DNA of 63,388 nt, counting the filler, from Intoshia linei (Eukaryota > Animalia > Orthonectida), in the NCBI GenBank assembly GCA_001642005.1. It is 5 parts of 5 records of this genome, joined end to end, with 100 filler letters (N's around TTAATTAATTAA, not from the genome) between each part and the next. Parts side by side here need not be neighbours in the genome. Positions count along the whole stretch, not along the records: positions 54,172 to 59,179 come from LWCA01001854.1; positions 59,280 to 61,026 come from LWCA01002576.1; positions 61,127 to 63,388 come from LWCA01002355.1; 2 more parts are not named here. One strand, written 5' to 3'. The notes beneath the pieces were generated by a model, which did not search any database, was not told the DNA's origin, and was given only the letters and a program-made list of their open reading frames with translations. Positions 56,946 to 63,388 of this stretch are shown piece by piece. Made by a program: the position numbers and the translations under genes. Position 1 is the stretch's first letter. Every line of letters begins with the position of its first letter.

Positions 56946-57271
56946 CAGTCAAAATCTCATTTAACGAACGTCGAAATTTTATTTTCTATATAAACGACTA
57001 AATATCTGGTAATTAACGAATTTCTGATTAACGAACGCGTAAATTCAATATTATTTTATTTTTTTTGTAGTTTTTTGTTTTTTTAGATATTGTTATGATT
57101 TTAAATATTATATTGACTCTTTTATGAAGTCATGGAATCTTTTTATATAATAAAAAGTTTAATTATTTGTTCATATTAAATATAATTTTGATAAATTTAA
57201 GACATGTGTGTAACAGTACATTTCTAATACAGTTAAATTTCTAATATTTTCGTTAAATGAAATTTTGACTG
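56946..57271. mobile_element. pogo/Tigger-like MITE
   Basis: TA|CAGTCAAAATCTCATTTAACGAA ... TTCGTTAAATGAAATTTTGACTG|TA. Confidence 0.82.
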
Positions 57272-57719
57272 TACCTGTTAACTCAGACACCTATAAAAAA
57301 TTACTCCCAGTAGTTAAGCGTGCAAATTACTAAATGTTCCATTATTGGTATTTTGAATCACTTGACATAACGCACAATAAATTATTTGTTTATTTTTTTA
57401 ATTTTACAATCCAAAAACTTAAATCCAATCTTACACAAACATCTCAGTTACACACCATGATACTATTCACTATAGAAGCTTTTAGACTCTAAAGTTTAAA
57501 GTAAATATTTCCAAACTTATTTTATCATGCATCCCAGATGCAACATTCGTCATTTTAAATTAAATTTTTCGCAGGCCATTAAAATGTATTTGCTAAGAAA
57601 TATTATAATTACATTACTCTTTAACTTTATTGTATTAAAAATAATAAATTAATTTTATTGTTGAAATTGCGCAATAATGACATATAAATACATTTGTATA
57701 AATACAAATGTAGTAATAT

Positions 57720-58095
57720 TCTTACTTATATAACATTCTTTGCAATATTTGTTTGTGTATTACCGTTTATTTCAATAACTACCATTCTTGGAATTTTATA
57801 AAATCCACATTTCAATTAGTTTTTTCTGGGGATGTTGGCAAAATAAATTTCAAACTCACATCTTACGGGTCAAAAACCCCAATTTTCCTTTGTTTGAAAA
57901 TCAAACGAGTTGAAAAATTTAAAAAAATTATATCTTAAGGACCAAAACCCTTTTTTTTAATGAAAACAACCCTAGAATTTAAAAAATTTTCAGGTGGTAC
58001 AGTTGTATCCTGTTAACACACACAAAAAAATTCAATCTGAATAAATGACGCCTTCGCGGTCGAAAAAGCATTTTAGTATTCGTATATTTTTTTCT
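57720..58095 (+). mobile_element. Helitron 5' fragment; inner boundary approximate
   Basis: TCTTACTTATATAA start plus family internal sequence. Confidence 0.7.
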
Positions 58096-58857
58096 ATATA
58101 TTTTATATTTTAGTTTATTGTAGACGCATCTTTGTAAATACAGTTTGATATCCCCAAATAAATATATTAAAAAATTACATTTAGCTCGAACTTCAGATAC
58201 TTCTAATATATAACCCAGATTTCCACAAACCATTACGATGCTGATTTCAAATTTATGTTATACATATCATTATATTGTGTACAATGTACATCTAATATTT
58301 GGGTTATGGTTTGTATTTGACAGTCAGATTCTGACTTAATACAAAACCCGGGAACAAGCAATTTTACGGTTTGTATATGATTTTTGCAAAAATATAAAAA
58401 TATAATATCGGTTCAAACCATCATTTAGATGTGAATCAGTTTAATTAATTGAAAATTGTTGAATTATGAAAAATTTGACATCTTTCTGTACATAAAAGAT
58501 AACGATAACAATTAATAAATTATTCAAACTTACTTAAAGTTTAAATAAATTTTAATTACATAAAGTTTCTCATATACGAATTTCATTATTCTTAAGTTTA
58601 TTGTATGTAGAGGACATAATACATTGTCAATTTGAAAAAAGATGTTAATAGCTCCATTGTGTCTTTTTAAAATTAGGTAATAGTCATCAAAGAGAATTTT
58701 AGATTGCTCATTTTCAAACTTGAAACGTAAATACAGCAACAAAATAGCTTTTGTTTCAATAAACGTTGAATTCTAATTTAATATATAATTTACAATATAC
58801 AATTTATTTCAATATACAATTTATTACAATATATAATGTATTTACATTTAATAATAA

Positions 58858-59115
58858 TCCCTACTTATATAATATACTTTGGAATATTTGTTTATGTGTG
58901 TTACCGTTTATTTCAATAACTACCAATCTTAGAATTTTATAAAGTCCACATTTCAATTACAGTTTTTCCCTGTGTGTTAGCAAAATAAATTTCAATCTCC
59001 CAAACTCAAATCTTATGGGTCAAAAACCCCAATTGTCCTTTTTTTTGAAAATCAAACAAGTTCAAGAATTAAAAAAAAATATATACTCTGATATGGATTT
59101 TAAAATCATAAATAT
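58858..59115 (+). mobile_element. Helitron 5' fragment; inner boundary approximate
   Basis: A|TCCCTACTTATATAATAT start plus family internal sequence. Confidence 0.75.
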
Positions 59116-59179
59116 TATTGTAGTAATGTCGTAGACCAAGGTCTTTGTTTAAAGTTTAATATTAATTACGGGTTACAAT

Positions 59180-59279
59180 NNNNNNNNNNNNNNNNNNNNN
59201 NNNNNNNNNNNNNNNNNNNNNNNTTAATTAATTAANNNNNNNNNNNNNNNNNNNNNNNNNNNNNNNNNNNNNNNNNNNN
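59180..59279. other. Scaffold gap linker
   Basis: N44-TTAATTAATTAA-N44. Confidence 0.97.
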
Positions 59280-59739
59280 GAAACATGCGATCCAATTCAT
59301 TTTATGGTAACAAAAAAATATAGTAATATTATTGATAACACTCATCATATTAGGGCTGTTCATTTTTTACAAAATTTTCGATTCGAAAAAAATCCACCCT
59401 CTATCTTGAAGAGAATACTCGAAATAATTATAATCTGAAAAAGTTACACCTTCACGGTCAAAAAAGCACTTTAGTTTTCAATTTGGTTTATTAAGAAACT
59501 ATTTTATTAAAATAAAAAATTACTATCCTACAATTAAAAAAAAAATTAATCTGATAAAGGTTAACCCAGTTGATATAAATACAAAATTTCAACCCAAAAA
59601 TCTACGCATTCCCGATCAAAATTATTTATAATATATATTATCATATATACTAAAGCTACCATAAGTACGTTTTTTAGGCAACACCGATAAACGTACTAAA
59701 AACGTACTATTATATTTAATTTAATTTATGTATTTTTAG

Positions 59740-60990
59740 GTCCATGCTTGTTTTCTGCTTGTGTATTGAGCGAGTCTTCATGCAAAAAATTTGGAAATTT
59801 GTTGAATCTTGTCAAAGTATCTGATTACAAAAATATAATCCANCATATATACTAAAGCTACCATAAGTACGTTTTTTAGGCAACACCGATAAACGTACTA
59901 AAAACGTACTATTATATTTAATTTAATTTGTAATGCTTGTTTTCTGCTTGTATATTGAGCGAGTCTTCATGCAAAAAATTTGGAAATTTGTTGAATCTTG
60001 TCAAAGTATCTGATTACAAAAATATAATCCAACAATGCTTGAAGCGTTACGGTAATATATTCTACAATAGAAAAAACTAAAATTTAAATATAGAACGGGA
60101 AATATCTCCATTAAATTTATTCGATATCGAAGAAACTGTAAAAATATTTAATTTACTACAAAATATTAATCATCAAACATGTTTGGTTCAATAATAATAT
60201 TAAATCGATCTGGAACAATTCAAATGGAAGTATTAAAACTTGCGACTTATGCATTTCAGTTAAAATTATTAAACATATCTGTTGGTCGAAATTACAACGA
60301 AAAGGTATTCTGCTCTGATATTAAACAAGCAATCCATATGGCATGCGTTGAAGATGAAAAGGTATTATTACTAATAGAACAAGACAATTTAATAAACTCC
60401 AAAATACTACCGAAACTGGACGGAATATTTGGTGCATCCTCAAATATATTCAACTTGTTTAACAACAAAAATGAAATGCACTAAAAGCGAAATGATACTA
60501 AAATGAAATGTGAAAAGCACTTTAGTATTAAATTTTTTTATTTCGAAACTATTTTATTAAAATAAAAAATTACACTGAAAGCATTTGAAAGCACTGATTT
60601 AGATAATATGAAACACTAGCATAAATAAAGATTTAGAATCTAATGATGCATTAACTGAATCATGGAATTTAAAGAATATTTATGCAAATGAATCTACATA
60701 TAAAGTTCCCATACTTTTCATTCTATTGGAATCTTCTGAACCTAATTACGATATTCAATCACTTGCTGATGAAATTTTTAAAAATTTTCAAAACAAATTA
60801 CATCAGGTTATTAATCACTTTTATTCATCTTATTTATTATTGTTAATGCTATATTAGGTAGCATTCGGTCAAACCAACGATAAGAATGTAATTTTTGAAA
60901 AAATTAAATAATGTGCAATAGATGGAGATTGGCTTGTTTTAAAAAACTTGCATTTGACTCAAGTTTCGTGGCAATCCAAATTAGAAAATG
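59740..60990 (+). pseudogene. DYNC2H1: Cytoplasmic dynein-2 heavy chain fragments (AAA4 and AAA6), disrupted
   Basis: AAA4-like GSIIILNRSG...VGRNYNEKVFCSDIKQAIHMACVEDEKVLLLIEQ ends in a stop at 60484; AAA6-like LKNIYANE...PILFILLESSEP..DIQSLA...HQVAFGQ...K*CAIDGDWLVLKNLHL has an in-frame TAA; frame change between 60096 and 60179. Confidence 0.78.
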
Positions 60991-61026
60991 TAATATTAAA
61001 ATATAAATAGATAAAAATATAAAATT

Positions 61027-61126
61027 NNNNNNNNNNNNNNNNNNNNNNNNNNNNNNNNNNNNNNNNNNNNTTAATTAATTAANNNNNNNNNNNNNNNNNN
61101 NNNNNNNNNNNNNNNNNNNNNNNNNN
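61027..61126. other. Scaffold gap linker
   Basis: N44-TTAATTAATTAA-N44. Confidence 0.97.
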
Positions 61127-61673
61127 GATGTGAGCTTATCATTTGTTTAAATCTATAACTTGCATTCATTTATAATGACTTGTATTTTTTTTTAGAAATG
61201 TAAAATAAATTATCATAAATTAATTTGTACATTATAATCTGTTAATGGCATCTTTTGGTATTTTAAGTTGATATTCATGATGAAACTTAATAATATAAAC
61301 ATTACATTATGTATGTATTAGCATATTTGTAGTATTATTAATAAAACATAGTTACAATACATGTATATAAAATATATCAAGTCGTGGTGAGCCGGGTTAA
61401 ATTTGTTGCCTCCTGTTGACATAACGGGTGTATATATTATTAGTATTATATAGAAAAGACTGAATCGACTGACTTATGGTATATTCAATCATTTTAAACT
61501 TTGATAATTTTACATACATGTGTTATTAATTTTTATATATAAATATGAACTTATCTGTAAGTGTCTAAAATTATTAAGTCAAAAAACAAGAATATCTGTA
61601 TATTTCCTATTAGTTTCATTTTGTTGCATTGTCATTATTTTATTCATTTTTAAAATTAATTGACGCTGTTTGT

Positions 61674-63388
61674 TCATAATAATTTATTAATATACAAATC
61701 TTTTTTAACGGAATTGCTAACACCCTCGTGATATTTGTACCAAACATCACTCCATAAACTGTTTTTTTCTAAAAATTATTATAATTAATACATCTTCTAT
61801 TTCTATAATTATTAACAATTCTATCAACTATCTCGATATTAAAAATTTCACGGTACTATTGTTTTTTGTTACTGGTTAAATTATTGCATACACACTTTTA
61901 ATACGTTTCATAAAATATAATGTTGATATTTGATATATTATGGAAATATTTACATTAAAATCAGTGAAATCTATAGTGATAAGTTCATTTTTGTATAATG
62001 TTATAAACAATTAATGTACTCCAATACATCATAATAAAACATTGTGATTAACAAAATGAATTTTAAATAAATGTAAGATCTTAGTCAATATGTAGTATTT
62101 TCTATACGACATGACTTTGAATATAATAAAAATTACAATCAATGCGTTAATTTTTTGTTAAGTTATTGTGATAATATTGTGTTCATTGTAATATAAAAAA
62201 TGTTTATATTGTGTTACTCAATTTTATCACTATTATTTAGAAATTAACGCATTGGTTGTAATTATTATCATATCGAATCTGAAATGGTATAGATTTGTAC
62301 GGATATATCTCAGTATAATATTATCATATACTTTTATGCGGTTTAGCAGTGGTGTCATTCCATGAAGATATTTTTGTAATCTAAAATTAATGTTACTTTC
62401 ATAAAACGTGATTATATTCTTAATGTATATTAAAATTTAATTATCATTATATTTATATAATTATAAACACAATTCAAAACATGTACTTTATAAACTAATT
62501 ATACGGTTGTAATTTGACATTTAATATTAATATGTATTTAGCAATTATACATTTATATGATGCATCACTTTATTAAAAATTACACTGCATATTTTAGCTA
62601 AAAATTTTATAATATACAAAATTTCATTTCAAACAATTCACATCTTAAAGTGTTTCCAAGGAATTTACTTTTGTACTGTTACTTATAAATTGTTAATAAA
62701 TAATAAATGTTTATAAAATTTACCTTTTTAATCTGCTCCTGTGTAATTTCTTTAATTATTGGTCTGTATTGATAATATTTAATTATAAATAAATTTTACA
62801 TATCCACTCAATACTTTATTATATACATTATGCAATAAAAATTATTCAAAATTATTTCTCAATTCTAATAGTCAATAAAAAAATAAATATTAATTTTCAA
62901 TATTTTTTACATGAAAATGTATTATTTTCAAATGCCCAATGGCATTACCTATGTTTTATAATTTAAAATCTTAATTACTTAATTTCATAAATTTTTTTTG
63001 TTTTTATGTTCGAATTGATGTAATTCTTTTCTTCTTCATTGTATTTTATCGTTGGTACTGATAGTAAATTTAAATTACTAAAATTTAGTTATAAATTTAT
63101 ATTATTGTGTTTACGGTCTTAATAACATGCTGTGACATTCCAGTGTGTATTCCAAGTTATATTTGTGCATAATACTAACGAGTCTATCCAATGTATTTCT
63201 TTCTTGGTTCGATAGTATGTTATAAGATCCTATTTTAATATTGGGAGAAATAATAATTGTTAAATAAGGTACTACATTAATTATAGCATCACTATATGAC
63301 GTATTAGAATATAATGTCATGTTTTGTGACAATAAGGCCTTGACAGTTTTAACATTATTCGCCATATTTCTTTTAAATGATATTTCGT
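61674..63388 (-). CDS. CHTF18: Chromosome transmission fidelity protein 18, 3' part (5' end lies beyond the window)
   Basis: PYLTIIISPNIK..SYNILSNQERNTLDRLVSIMHKYNLEY and terminal exon VWYKYHEGVSNSVKKDLYINKLL* (conserved Ctf8/Dcc1-binding tail). Confidence 0.85.

Noticed and set aside
59643-60030. Tandem duplication of a dynein exon
   Set aside because: The two copies are separated by a single N, typical of an unmerged contig overlap
60905-60915. Stop-codon recoding in the dynein fragment
   Set aside because: The codon is TAA, other genes here terminate normally at TAA/TAG/TGA, and the fragment has other lesions

Overview
AT-rich, intron-containing animal (metazoan) genomic scaffold, not prokaryotic. 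It has four 100-nt N/TTAATTAATTAA/N gap linkers and three single-N contig joins. Many introns are only 33-42 nt and proteins are strongly diverged, which is consistent with a reduced parasite genome (an orthonectid such as Intoshia is my guess, by inference only). Manual splicing gives PFKFB, SECISBP2-like, a U3 snoRNA, a 4-exon FABP, a C2-PDZ (RGS3 N-terminus-like) protein, a C2H2 zinc-finger protein, RPS21, OPA3, NAXE, an orphan type-I membrane glycoprotein with a KKxx tail, an isolated last exon of NF-YA, BET1L, TAF4, an S28 (PRCP/DPP7) peptidase, disrupted DYNC2H1 fragments and the 3' part of CTF18. Long introns and intergenic DNA are packed with a non-autonomous Helitron family and with hAT, Tc1/pogo, piggyBac-like and Kolobok-like MITEs, several nested three deep. 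The most notable points are an operon-like cluster with 68-125 nt gene spacing and possible trans-splice acceptors, the orphan gene, a C2-PDZ-only protein, and dynein-2 fragments embedded in Helitron DNA. No wholly new system can be demonstrated from the sequence alone.
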